A stretch of DNA of 63,984 bases, the filler included, from Octopus bimaculoides (Eukaryota): assembly GCF_001194135.2 (NCBI RefSeq). It is 7 parts of 5 records of this genome, joined end to end, with 100 filler letters (N's around TTAATTAATTAA, not from the genome) between each part and the next. Parts side by side here need not be neighbours in the genome. Positions count along the whole stretch, not along the records: positions 19,135 to 31,673 come from NC_068983.1; positions 31,774 to 44,538 come from NC_068990.1; 5 more parts are not named here. One strand, written 5' to 3'. Positions 23,244 through 35,593 of the stretch are shown here, piece after piece. The notes under the pieces were generated by a model. The model saw nothing but the letters and a program-made list of their open reading frames with translations. It was not told where the DNA came from and made no database searches. The position numbers and the translations under genes were made by a program. Position 1 is the stretch's first letter, and the number at the start of each line of letters is the position of its first letter.

Positions 23244-24216
23244 TATGAAACATAGTTATATAAAAGGAAGTCTTCGTATGTGGTTAAATGCCATAAAATT
23301 AGTATTTAATTGAAATAATGAAGTGAATACACAGATACAGGCACGTATGAAGACCAAAGAAAGCAGATTCATAAATATTTCTGTCTTCTTCTTTCTCCCC
23401 ACCCCCTCAAACACACACACACACACACACATACACACACCAATATGTAAATATGAGACTAATTGTTTTGATCTTTCTATTCTCCCGCAATGGAAATAAT
23501 AAACATAAGAAATATTTAAACATCAAAATATCTACCAATCTAATATTTCCACCTCCTCCACCACCACCTCCACCACTACCACCACCACTACTACTACTCA
23601 CTAATACGTATCTGTCGGTGTGTTTGTGTGTGTGAATGACTATTTATTTATATGGCCATGAATATGTTACATAGACTTATATTTGTGTTCGTAACCGAAA
23701 GTCTGAATATACGAGCGTATACATATAACGTGTTTAACTAGCCATAAAGAGGCAATATTTGTTAATCACTTCTCATTAATCTTTTATAAATGGTGCCAGA
23801 CATATCATAATATTAAGCGATAAACTATCAAGAGATGCATTCAAATTATATAATAAACTGTTCATTGAGCGCGTGAGTGCTGGTTTGAGAAATGGACAAT
23901 AAACTGAAAATTAGGGTATTGACTTAACTTGTTGCCCAGTTCAGCACCGCTACTTGGCCCTCAAGAGCCTTTAGCTGAGATGATTTTGTTAGAAGCTTTC
24001 GACATCGAGTCTCTTTGGTCAATGGTAATTTACTTCCTTCAGCATATGAAGAATTGCAAAAAATTGTTATGGGTCTTACTTTTTCCTGTTTTGAATAAGT
24101 CATCAAAAAATTAGCGTCAAATATTTAAATAGAAACCCTTATTTGGGTTAGCTTAGCCTTAGTTATTCTTCAGATAATTCTTTAGCTTTTCTATGATTAT
24201 TACTATTATTATTATT

Positions 24217-24776
24217 ATTGAGTGAGAGAGCAGTTTATGCCATCAAAGTGACACTGGGGTAAAATATACGAAGCCCATTATACCCATCATGACTACCCGT
24301 CTGATAAGGGTACACCAGGCACATGCATCACAACCATATGTGCGTGACATGGTGATCTCATATCAAGATAAAAAGCGCATGCCCTTGCAGGTGGGGCCCA
24401 GTTAGAATTTACTTCAGGTCGAGTAGCCCATCCCGCTCAAAAGGTCCCTGAATAAGGCTTTGTTTAAGGATGTTGAGCAAAACAGCCATGTATCCAAATG
24501 TGAATTATTCAACCCCAAAGAATTCCTCTCAACCCATGGCTATGATGCTTCCCCACTACTTCTGCTCATGATCAGTGATGCACATATCGTCAGCCACCAA
24601 GGGACATTCTCAACTGGTTAAGGTCAATCAACTGACAAACAAATCTGTGATATTGAGCAGAATATTTGTTGTAGCCCATCTTTTATACCAAGACAAAACA
24701 ATGTACATAATAACACTTCCAATCAATTAAGATCAGAAGCCATGAGAACCACTGTCTGGTACTGCATCCGGGCATT
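24217..24776 (+). repeat. Unclassified about 560-bp interspersed repeat flanked by (ATT)n
   Basis: Clearly homologous to the reverse complement of 63181-63630 (e.g. CATCAAAGTGACACTGGGGTAAAATATACGAAGCCCA). No ORF or Pol III boxes recognised. Confidence 0.85.
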
Positions 24777-24897
24777 TATTATTATTATTATTGTTCAGTA
24801 GTTTTATTTTTATAACGTGCTTTCACTTCACTACTGAGCGCCGCTCTGTGTGCCTTGGGTATGTGCTGCGGTTTGCTGTGATGCTCTTATGGTTACT

Positions 24898-24956
<59 letters not shown>

Positions 24957-24957
<1 letters not shown>

Positions 24958-25237
24958 CAGTTCTATATTTAAGATATTAGTAATTATGTACATTATTTAC
25001 ATTATTTACATTATTTATATTCGACAGATATTTGTCCTCATCTTGTTTGTTGTTAACACAACGCTTCAACTGATATACCCTCCAGCCTTCTTCACGTGTC
25101 TTGGGGAAATTTCGAACCTGTGTTCTCATTCCTAAGGTATTATTATTATTATTGTTATTGTTCAGGTCACTGCTTGGAATCGAACTCGGAATTTTGGGGT
25201 TAGTAGCCCGCGCTCTTAACCACTACGCCATATGCCC
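24957..25237 (-). mobile_element. tRNA-headed short element with a hammerhead-containing Penelope-type tail
   Basis: Minus strand reads GGGCATATGGCGTAGTGGTTAAGAGCGCGGGCTACTAACCCC...GAGTTCGATTCC (A/B boxes), then (AAT)n, CCTTAGGAATGAGAAC..., a decayed HHR at 25055-25100, and a (TAAATAATG)n tail. Confidence 0.75.
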
Positions 25238-25322
25238 GTGGGGTCTCCTCGGTCAATGGTAATTTACTTCCTTAAATAAATTAAGTACCAGTTACACATT
25301 GGGGTCGATCTAATCGACACCC

Positions 25323-25357
<35 letters not shown>

Positions 25358-25403
25358 CGAAAACCACCTTAGGAATGAGAACCCAGGTTCGAAATTTCCC
25401 CAA

Positions 25404-25449
25404 AACACCTGATGAAGGGTGGAAAGTATATCAGCCGAAACGTTGTTTA
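25404..25449 (+). ncRNA. Minimal type I hammerhead motif in the second copy (25322-25506) of the same element
   Basis: AACAC-CTGATGA-AGGGTGG AAAGTATA TCAGCC-GAAAC-GTT-GTTT. The consensus of the copies gives ACAC/GTGT stem I, GGCTG/CAGCC stem II and AACGTT palindromic stem III. Confidence 0.65.
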
Positions 25450-25565
25450 ACAACAAACAAGATGAGGACAAATATCCGTCGAATGTAAATAATGTAAATA
25501 ATGTAAATGATTATTATTATCATTATTGTCATTATTATTATTATTATCATTATCATTATTATTAA

Positions 25566-25788
25566 GGCAGGCGAGCTGGCAGAATCGGTAACACACCGGG
25601 CGAAATACTTGGCAGTATATCGTCTGAGCTACGTTCTGAGTTCAAATTCATCCGGGGTTGAATTGCCTTTCATCCTTTCGGGGTCGATGAGTTAAGTACC
25701 AGTCAAACACTGGGATCGATGTAATCAACACATCCCCTCCCCCCAAAATGGCTGCCCTTGTGGCAAAATTTGAATTCATTATCATTAC

Positions 25789-25842
<54 letters not shown>

Positions 25843-26045
25843 AATGGCAAGCTGGCAAAATCATTAGCACACCAGGCGAAATGCTTAGCGGGATTTCATC
25901 TGCCGCTACGTTCCGAGTTCTAATTCCACCGAGGTAGAATTTGCCTTTCATGCCTTTGAGGTCGATAAATTAAGTACCAGCTATACACTGAGGTCAATCT
26001 AATCGACTAGTCCCCTCACCCAAAATTTCAGCCCTTGTGCCCTTA
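25566..26045 (+). mobile_element. Two adjacent tRNA-derived SINEs (family A) separated by (ATT)n
   Basis: GGCGAGCTGGCAGAATC.TTAGCAC.CC.GGCGAAAT.CTT...GAGTTC.AATTCC...TTGCCTTTCAT.CTTT.GGGGTCGAT occurs twice. Other copies at about 28240-28416(-), 49200-49398(-), 60774-60828(+) and 63635-63770(-). Confidence 0.85.
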
Positions 26046-27177
26046 GTAGAGAGGATCATCATCATCGTCATTATTATTATTGTTATTATTATTCGAAACC
26101 ATTATAATCGGTTATTATTTGTCGTAAGCCTTTTAAAAGCAGTATTCGAAAATAAACATTATTGATTTCTTACAGGAATAGAAAGTCACAAATTGTTATG
26201 GTGCGCTTTAGTCGATTTGCTGAACCTCAATACCCGACTGATATTTATTTTATCGATCATGTGAAGCCGAAAGGCAAAGTTTATATCGACCAGTTAGCCA
26301 ATTATATATATATACTAGTATAACAATATAATTGTTATACTAGTATATAACATTTTTGTGTTATATGCTCACTTTCATAGTATCTTTGCATGGCCATTTT
26401 CTAAGACTTGTGGAGATTCATAATACTTTTATTCTCATTCGTCGTAGAAATGGCAGAGTGTCGGAATAGATAGCTGAATGCTACGATAAATATACGAATC
26501 CCAAGCTAAGGACATTGAATGAAGAATGCAGCCAAGACAACAATGGTATTACTGATTAATGTATTTAATTCTGGTTTCAAATCCTGCCACTGTCTGTTTT
26601 ACAATTCATACTTTCTGAGTCGATAAAATATAAGCGAGTCAAGTAGTCAGATAGAACCATTCAACTCAGCGGCTGCACAATACACACATATACAATACAC
26701 ATATACACAATACACACACACATATATATATACATACACAATGCACACACACACACACACACACACACNNNNNNNNNNNNNNNNNNNNNNNNNNNNNNNN
26801 NNNNNNNNNNNNNNNNNNNNNNNNNNNNNNNNNNNNNNNNNNNNNNNNNNNNNNNNNNNNNNNNNNNNNNNNNNNNNNNNNNNNNNNNNNNNNNNNNNNN
26901 NNNNNNNNNNNNNNNNNNNNNNNNNNNNNNNNNNNNNNNNNNNNNNNNNNNNNNNNNNNNNNNNNNNNNNNNNNNNNNNNNNNNNNNNNNNNNNNNNNNN
27001 NNNNNNNNNNNNNNNNNNNNNNNNNNNNNNNNNNNNNNNNNNNNNNNNNNNNNNNNNNNNNNNNNNNNNNNNNNNNNNNNNNNNNNNNNNNNNNNNNNNN
27101 NNNNNNNNNNNCTATAGACTCGGGCTAAAGCCTTGTGAGTGGATTTAGTAGACGGAAACTGAAAGAAGCCCGTCGTG

Positions 27178-27215
<38 letters not shown>

Positions 27216-28619
27216 TGTGTTTGTCCCCCACCATCGCTTGACAACTAATGTTAGTGTGCTTGCACCCCCGCAACTTAGCAGTTCGGCAAAAGTGACCGAT
27301 AGAATAAGTCCTGGGGTCGATTTGTTCGACTAAAGGCAGTGCTCCAGCATGGCTGCAGTCAAATGACTGAAACAAATACAAGAATGCACATACACACATG
27401 TACACATATGCCTACGCTCTGAAAACGTTTTGAACGTCATATCTTTATCTTTTACTTGTTCCAGTCATTAGGGTACGGCCATGCTGGGGCACTGCTTTCA
27501 ATAATTTTTGGTCGGTCAAATCGACCCCAGTTCTTATTTATTTATTTTCTTTTGATTTTAAACCTGGAATTTATTCTATCGGTCGCTTTGCCGAACCACT
27601 GAGTTACACGGCAGCGTAAACATACCAACACTGGTTGTCAAGTGGTAGTGGTGGGAGGACAAACACAGCTATAAAGGCACACACACAAAGACTTGCTGTG
27701 GTGTTCGATTATGAATAAATAAAAAAATAAAAAATACACATTGTGCATATATATATACACACACACATATATATACATATGTATGTACGCATGTACGCAT
27801 GTACGTACGTATGTATGTATGTATGTATGTATGTATGTATGTATACGACAGGCTTCTTTCAGTTTCCGTCCATTAAATCCACACCCAAGGCTTTGGTCGG
27901 CCTGAAGGTATAATAGAAGACACTTGACCTAGGTGTTACGCAGTGGGACTGAACCTGGAACCATGTGGTTGGGAAGCAAGTTTCTTACTACATAGCCATC
28001 CCTGCGCCTATATAATCACATATATTTCTTATTCTAAGACAGTAAGGTGTGATTTAATGGAGCTTTGCCTGCTATTTCTTGCAAGCTGTCTAAACGTACT
28101 CATTCTTGATTCTATTTATTCAATTTTATTTTATTTTCACACACGATGAATGCCTAAACCTAGACTTGGAAGTATACCGTAATACTACCGACTGCTTTGT
28201 ACTATAATACATTCCTAACGGAATACATCTTAAACATGTGTGTGTTATTTTTTCACTACCCACAAGGGGCTACACACAGAGGGGACAAACAAGGACAGAC
28301 AAACGGATTAAGTTGATTATGTCGACCCCAGTGTGTAACTGGTACTTATTTAATCGACCCCGAAAGGATGAATGGCAAAGTCTACCTCGGCGGAATTTGA
28401 ACTCAGAACGTAGCGGNNNNNNNNNNNNNNNNNNNNNNNNNNNNNNNNNNNNNNNNNNNNNNNNNNNNNNNNNNNNNNNNNNNNNNNNNNNNNNNNNNNN
28501 NNNNNNNNNNNNNNNNNNNNNNNNNNNNNNNNNNNNNNNNNNNNNNNNNNNNNNNNNNNNNNNNNNNNNNNNNNNNNNNNNNNNNNNNNNNNNNNNNNNN
28601 NNNNNNNNNNNNNNNNNNN

Positions 28620-28667
<48 letters not shown>

Positions 28668-29104
28668 TGTGTGTGTGCGCGCGCGATAAAAACTCACTGT
28701 TGACAAAGGCAGCATGGCGTTCTATTATTAAATAAAAATGTTTCTGCTACACTCTCAGGAGTGACTTCTGTTTGTGCCCTTCATTCTTCTCTATTTTCCT
28801 TAAATTCTAATCAACTCTATTAGAGGAAAGTAAAGCTCAAATGACATTTCAATGACAGAGTATGAAGGGTGATGCGTCAACAATCTCAAGCGACCTCGTA
28901 ACTAGCAAACACACAACTAATACAAGGCAGGATATCTTGAAGGGAAAATGGTAGGATTTTCATATACTTACACAAACACCAGTATACAGATCACTAGATT
29001 GTTGACAATAAAAGTGTCATCACTGACAAGGTTTTAGCATATATCTGTGTTCACTACTATTGTTTCTTCTTTAGTGGCGGCTGTTGTTTGTTGTTTGTTG
29101 CTAC

Positions 29105-29393
29105 TAGAGCCATGCTTGGCTCATAATGGCCGGTTTCCCGGTTTCATTGGCGTATAGGTTTCCCCAACTGGACGGGACACCGGTCCGTCGCAGGTGAGCT
29201 GCTAGATGCAGGAGGAACGAGTGAGAGGAAGTTGTGGTGAAACAGTCAGCAGAAGTTCGCCATTACCTTCTGCCGGAGCCGCGTAGAGCTTAGGTGTTTC
29301 TCTCATAAATACACACATCGGCCGGCCTGAGATTCGAACTCGCGATCCCTAGACCGCGAGTCCGCTGCTCCAACCATTAGGCAATGTGCCTCC
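29105..29393 (-). mobile_element. tRNA-derived SINE, family C head with an alternative tail
   Basis: The head matches 51322 onward (GGAGGC.CA.TG.CC.A.TGGT...CCTAAAGCTC.AC...CTCCGGCAG). The tail CGGACCGGTGTCCCGTCCAG...GAAACCGGGAAACCGG is also seen at 32252-32505(-). Confidence 0.85.
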
Positions 29394-29749
29394 ACGTATG
29401 AAACCTTATCTCAGAGAAATTGAAAACAAAGAAGAAAGAATATGGTTAACTTCTGTTGAAGAATAACAATTGTCGTGTTTAGGATCATCTTGACAGTATT
29501 ATAAGGCCTCGGACAAATCAGTGTTCTGGGTCCTAGAGTATTTATTTACTTAGAGAGAGCCACAGCATGCGTAAATTAGAATTAAGCCCCAAGATACGTG
29601 AGACCCCATGCCTTAAGACGACACAGGTCGTGTTCTTATCGATCTTAAGTTGTTAATTTCTGTTGTTGTCGGCAACAGGAAGCCTTTATGTCAGAGACTT
29701 AGCTAGAGTGTGTGCCATCTGGGGCGGCCATTTAGTTTTGTCTCCCCTG

Positions 29750-30330
29750 CACCTCCGCATCCCTATACAAGCTTATACAGCAGACCCAAAAGTGCTGCTC
29801 CCATAAAAGCGTTGCCCTGAGAAGGTCGCCTGGGCAGTAGCCCCCACTCTCCCACCACCACTCATCCTACCTACGCTGCTGCTCCAGAAGATCATTTGAC
29901 CTGGTAGAAACAGCTGCCAAATCTCCCCCAAATCATACTCGAGTGTCTTAGAGAGAGAAAAAGGAATGATGGATTTGATAATATGGTTCTGGATATAGTT
30001 CTTAAAAGTCGGAACGGTCATAGCTGGAACGATTTTGTTCCTATCAGTTTGCTGGCGCCTGGATTTATGAGGAAGTGTTCTTATCTCCNNNNNNNNNNAG
30101 TTTGCTGGCGCCTGGATTTATGAGGAAATGTTCTTATCTCCTGGAAATTTTACCCTACAGGCGTCCATTCAAGCTGCATAAACAATATCACCAAGTGTGG
30201 CTAGTTTGTGTTCCAAGGTACTCCTTCCTATCAGCTGATTCAACTTTTCAACTATCACATCTGCTGGTCTCTGTCATTCCTCTTTTGCATTTGCTGGTGG
30301 CAAGTTGAGATTCTAGAGTTTGGCATTAAG
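29750..30330 (-). mobile_element. Possible RLE-type (HERO/NeSL-like) LINE remnant
   Basis: One frame reads LNLPPANAKEE*QRPADVIVEKLNQLIGRSTLEHKLATLGDIVYAA, resembling the pre-RT region of such elements. The similarity was judged from memory only. Confidence 0.3.
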
Positions 30331-30672
30331 GGTCTGTGCATATCTTCTGTATGGTTAAGATTGAAGGTATCTTAAGAGTTGTAGCCATTTAAATCTAAGA
30401 CACCACTTGACTGTTCTCAAGAAGAACCACCCACAACAAAAGCAACAACAGGCGTAGAAAACTTTTCTGGAGGATAAACAAGATGAAATATTTTCTGTGT
30501 CGGATTGCATTCCATATGTGTTGCATTTTGCTTTAATCCTGCAATCATTGATGGAGTGATAGGAGCAGGATTATGATATACAACCTGTTACTGGCATTAA
30601 ACCTCGATCTAACCCATCTTTCTCCATGTATCATCAAAGCCTATTTTTAGTAGAGACAGACAAAGGAAGAGA

Positions 30673-30707
<35 letters not shown>

Positions 30708-30735
30708 GGACAGATGGGGACAGAGGGGAACAGAT

Positions 30736-30797
<62 letters not shown>

Positions 30798-31938
30798 ATA
30801 GGCAGATGGGCAGAAGGACAATCGAGTTTCGTAGTGAACTGGTATTTAATTTATCGACTTCGAAAGGATGAAATGCAAAGTAGATGGAAGCAAAGTCAAA
30901 TGATAATTATAGGGCATCCATTCTGCATGCTAGTATCCATTATATATTCAAATATTCCTTATGCAGGGATTAAATAGATTTTTCAAGTCCTGATAAACTC
31001 TGCATCATGCTTTTATGGATGTAGAATTAATCACGCTAATATCGATAGCCATTTGTTAAGTTAAGACAAATCAGTGTTCTGAAGAATAATTTGATAAATA
31101 TTACACACTTTATATGCAAACTTATTAATACATACATACATAAATTGAAAGGTATAATGAATAAACACGCCAGTCGGTCAAAACAACTTTAAATCATTCC
31201 CATATTATCAAAAATCGAGCATAAATATATATTAAAACAACAGGCATCCAATGGTAAAACCCGACAGTATAAAATATACACAAATACTCGAATAAAAGAT
31301 GATAAAACCTAAAAGGATAATACGAGTGAAGTCGAATGAAGAAAAATATATGGAATAAATTAATGCATATTAAAAGCGACTAAAAATTAAAGGCAATGGA
31401 GCTAAAATGATATAAATATATAAAAATACAAGAATATAAATGTAAAAATTAAAGTGTAAGGTAACCAGAACAGAGTCCATTCAAGATAAAGAGTGGACAT
31501 ATCATTCAATTTTATAATATAAGGACACAGATATCGTGTTGTATAGCCAGCTGGAAACGATGTTTCCTGGGCTAAACAACAACAGTAACAATTGTCCCTT
31601 CCAGGACAGCCACATTATGTTGGCAAATAATCTTTATATATATATATAGGGAGAATTCACAAAAAAAAAAACANNNNNNNNNNNNNNNNNNNNNNNNNNN
31701 NNNNNNNNNNNNNNNNNTTAATTAATTAANNNNNNNNNNNNNNNNNNNNNNNNNNNNNNNNNNNNNNNNNNNNATATATATATACGACGGGCTTCTTTAA
31801 GTTTCCGTCTAATAAATCCACTCACAAAGCTTTGTTCGACCTAAGGCTATAGTAGAAGACACTTGCCCAAGGTGCCATACAGTGGGACTGAACCTGGAAC
31901 CATGTTGTTGAGAAGCAAGCTTATTACCACACACACTT

Positions 31939-31972
<34 letters not shown>

Positions 31973-33608
31973 CCATATATTTGAATTTCTTCGTATATGA
32001 GATTTGTATTTGTTGTGTAAACCCATGATAACTGCTAAAGCTAACGGTGTTGTTATAGATGATTCATTTTTCGAGGAGTAAGTGTTGGAGTAACATAAAA
32101 ACGAGCATTTTAATCTGAAGACTGTTCCTGCAAAATAAAGCAATAAATTGTGGGTGGGGGATACGTATATTTGTTAGTTTGGTATTTATGTACATTACGT
32201 ATATCAGAAAACCGAATATAATTTTAATGTATCTTATGCGCCCTTTCAAAGCCTAGCCAAGCTCATGGGCCCGGTTTCCCGGTCTCTATGGCGTATATGT
32301 ACCCACCCCGCTCCAGCTGGACGGGACGCCAGTCCATCGCAGCGTTACTAAGGAAACAGTGAGAGAAAGTTGGGGTGATAGAGTACAACAGGGGTCGCCA
32401 CCACTCCCTGCCGGAGCCTTGTGGAGCTTTAGGTGTTTGCGCTCAATAAACACACACAACGTCCGGTCTGGGAATCGAAACCGCGACCCTAACCAATGGG
32501 CCTCCACAATTTTAAAGTGCTTCAACTTTAAACTTATGCTTTAATCATTTTGCTCTGGTTTGTGAAGCAAATGTAATGAGTGATCCTCGTACACAGTAAA
32601 ATAAAGGAGACTGTCTAGACATGTGTCACGGTTCATTGACCGCTCATTACAGAGTAATTTTACACACACACACAGAAGTGTGCTTGTGTTAGTGCGTCTG
32701 TGTTTAAGCACAGAAACTGTTTTCATACATGCTGAAACTAATAATATTTTGGAACCGTAAATAAATTATTCTATAAATCATTTTAAAACGATTTTCAAAA
32801 CAATTTCAGGAAATTCCGAACATTCGCATTAAATTTGTATAAATAAATACAGAAGAATTAAGAATAAGAGAACAAATAAATAAACTCCTACGGAGAAGAA
32901 TGAGAAAGAGCGAAGAGAACATAATTTAAAACAGATAAGAATATAAGCAGTTAAAATATGGTGGCGTGTGATTCAGCAACATCGCAAACAGACATATGTA
33001 GACACAAGAATGCACACACTATTTAAATAAGAAGTTAAACATCCGAATAAATAAATAAGTATATTAGAAAAATAAAGACGTAGTTCTATATATATTACTA
33101 ATGGTCGGAATTCTCAACAGACGCACACTGACACACATACGATAATGTACTGTTAATGTGCGTGTGTATGTGTGTATATATATATATATGTAGAGAGGGA
33201 GAGAGAGAGAGGGGGAGAGTGAGAGACAGACAGATGGATGGATAGCTATGGATATGTAGATAGATAAATATATAGGTAGTTAGTATAGATACGCTTGTAT
33301 GTTTGTGTATACACATATAAATGTATAAATATGGGTGTCCATACACATACATAGATGCACACCGGTCCCTCCCACACACTCTGACACAGAAATGGGGGCG
33401 GTGTGTGTGTGTAAACTCTAGTTTGCTTACATGGTAAAGTAATGATGTATATCTTATGCATCCTATGTTTACATACCGAAATCGTCAGCGAATTTCTGTT
33501 CAGAATTAATTGTTTAACAAAATATATCTCTTAGGTTCAGTTAACCTATATGGTGCTTTTTTGTTTTATTATTTATTTATTTACGCAATATGCGTTGATC
33601 TCAGTAAA

Positions 33609-34191
33609 AAATTTCGGATCTTTTTTAAAACGGGGGCCACATTTTTCATTAACGAAACACTTTGAAACTTGGAACACTGGTAGAATGTGTCATATAAAAC
33701 ATCTTTTTCTCTTAGTCTTCTTAAAAAAAAAAGAAATCCATAAATTATTCCATGTTAAAGTTGTCGTATTTCTGTAATTCCAACCAATCACTGACGTCCA
33801 TTCAGCCGATATACATTAAGCGCCGACTACATAAACAAACGATTCTGAAACAATTAACCCTAACCCTAACTCTAACCCTAACCCTAGNNNNNNNNNNNNN
33901 NNNNNNNNNNNNNNNNNNNNNNNNNNNNNNNAAAAGCAAATAAAACGAAGAATCGTTTGTTTATGTAGTCGGCACTTAATGTATATCGGCTGAATGGACG
34001 TCAGTGATTGGTTGAAATTATCGAAATAAGACAATTTTTTACATGAAATAAATTCGAATACAAAAATATTTTTCTGTTCTATAACACAAAATAGATAAGT
34101 ATACGAAGTTTGAAAGTCTTTCGGTACCAAAAACACTACGTAAAACATTAATGAAAAATGTGGACCCCGTTTTAAAAAAGATCCAAAATTT
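33609..34191. mobile_element. Foldback element with a (TAACCC)n centre
   Basis: CCAACCAATCACTGACGTCCATTCAGCCGATATACATTAAG.GCCGACTACATAAACAAACGATTC is mirrored almost perfectly at 33950-34020. Outer arms GGATCTTTTTTAAAACGGGG / CCCCGTTTTAAAAAAGATCC. Centre TAACCCTAACCCTAACTCTAACCCTAACCCTA, then a gap. Confidence 0.9.
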
Positions 34192-35341
34192 CAGTTTTAG
34201 CACATAGCTTTTCATTCCAAGCCCCAAATGTGGGCCCTTAATGAAATTGCATCCCTTCTGGTTGGATACCGCAGTGAAAGATTAATCTTGTGATACCTAA
34301 TTTGTTAAATCTATATAAACCTTATATATGGTAGAAGGCCCAAATATAAATTTTTATAACACCTCATTAATTGAACAATTTCCATCCTCTTGTAATTTGC
34401 ATCGTTGTTACATTTATAAATGACCGTATCCATTTTGTTATATTTATCGATTTTATGTTTTGTGTGTGATGTGTAATGGATCCAAGTTCAGTCCCACTGC
34501 AGGGCACCTCGGGCAAACTTTTTCTATTATAGCCTCGAGCTAACCAGCCTTGTGAGTGGATCTGGCAATCGAAAACTGAATGAAACCAGTAGTATGTGTG
34601 TGTGTGTGTGTGCGTGTGTGTGTGTGTGTGTGTGTAATTATAATGATAGGGAATATGGAGACGGGTACATCCTCAAAATTCATTTCCTTTTATTTTACAA
34701 TCTCAAACAGTATATTTTTATGATTACGATGACCTACACGTGTTTCCACGGCACAGAATATGGGCAGTTGCATATGCAAACGAGCATAATTTTCTGTGAG
34801 GCTTCGTTCGGGGTTTTTCAACCAGCTTGGCTCGAACTGAACTGAATTCAGTTGTTTATTGGATAGGATTTAGAGGGAAGTGAGGGGAGGTTGTTTTGAA
34901 TCGTAAATCTGATCTATTTGTAAACTTGAGTGGTTGACATCGGTTTCACACCAGTTGCTGGCAGAAGTCAGGAATCTATCTATTTAGGTCAAACTGTATG
35001 TTGCAGTTTTGTCGAGCTTGTTTGTGTATTACAGTAGATAGGTACTTAATAAGCTTATTTTCAAGTATAGTTCTTGTAATGTATTCCATTTTAGGGTGGA
35101 TCAGTTCTATGTTATATTCTTAGTAATTCAGATACTTTCGTGGCTGTGGTATTTATTATGCTTGGAAGAAGAAAGCAAAAATAATATATATTAGGTTAGT
35201 TAAGAAAAACGGCATGTAGCTGGGGAGTGCTAACTCCTAGTAATCATAGACATTAATTACTAATCGATGCGGTTAGCCGAAACCTGGAACCTAACTGAGA
35301 ACTGCCATGGTATCCGCCCGGATAATATATCCCTCTAAACT

Positions 35342-35374
<33 letters not shown>

Positions 35375-35549
35375 TTATGTGTGTGTGAGTGAATGTGTGT
35401 TTGTGTTGGTGTGTTAACGTCCTCGGTTCGGCAAAAGTGTCCTGTAGAACAATTACAAAGCATAAAAAACACCTGTCCGCCTGTGTACCGTCTATCTGTC
35501 CGAATGTTTTAATGTCTTCTATTACGTTTTTGTTCCATTAAATAAATAA

Positions 35550-35593
<44 letters not shown>

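Noticed and set aside
25160-25237. tRNA gene call for tRNA-like heads (also 45500-45584, 51322-51400)
   Set aside because: No acceptor stem or poly-T terminator, and each runs into repeat body sequence, so they are SINE heads.
30046-30141. 43-bp direct repeat either side of a 10-N gap
   Set aside because: Typical unmerged contig overlap, so probably an assembly artefact.
33855-33887. True telomere at the (TAACCC)n tract
   Set aside because: Short, degenerate and enclosed by inverted arms. It is an internal part of a repeat element.
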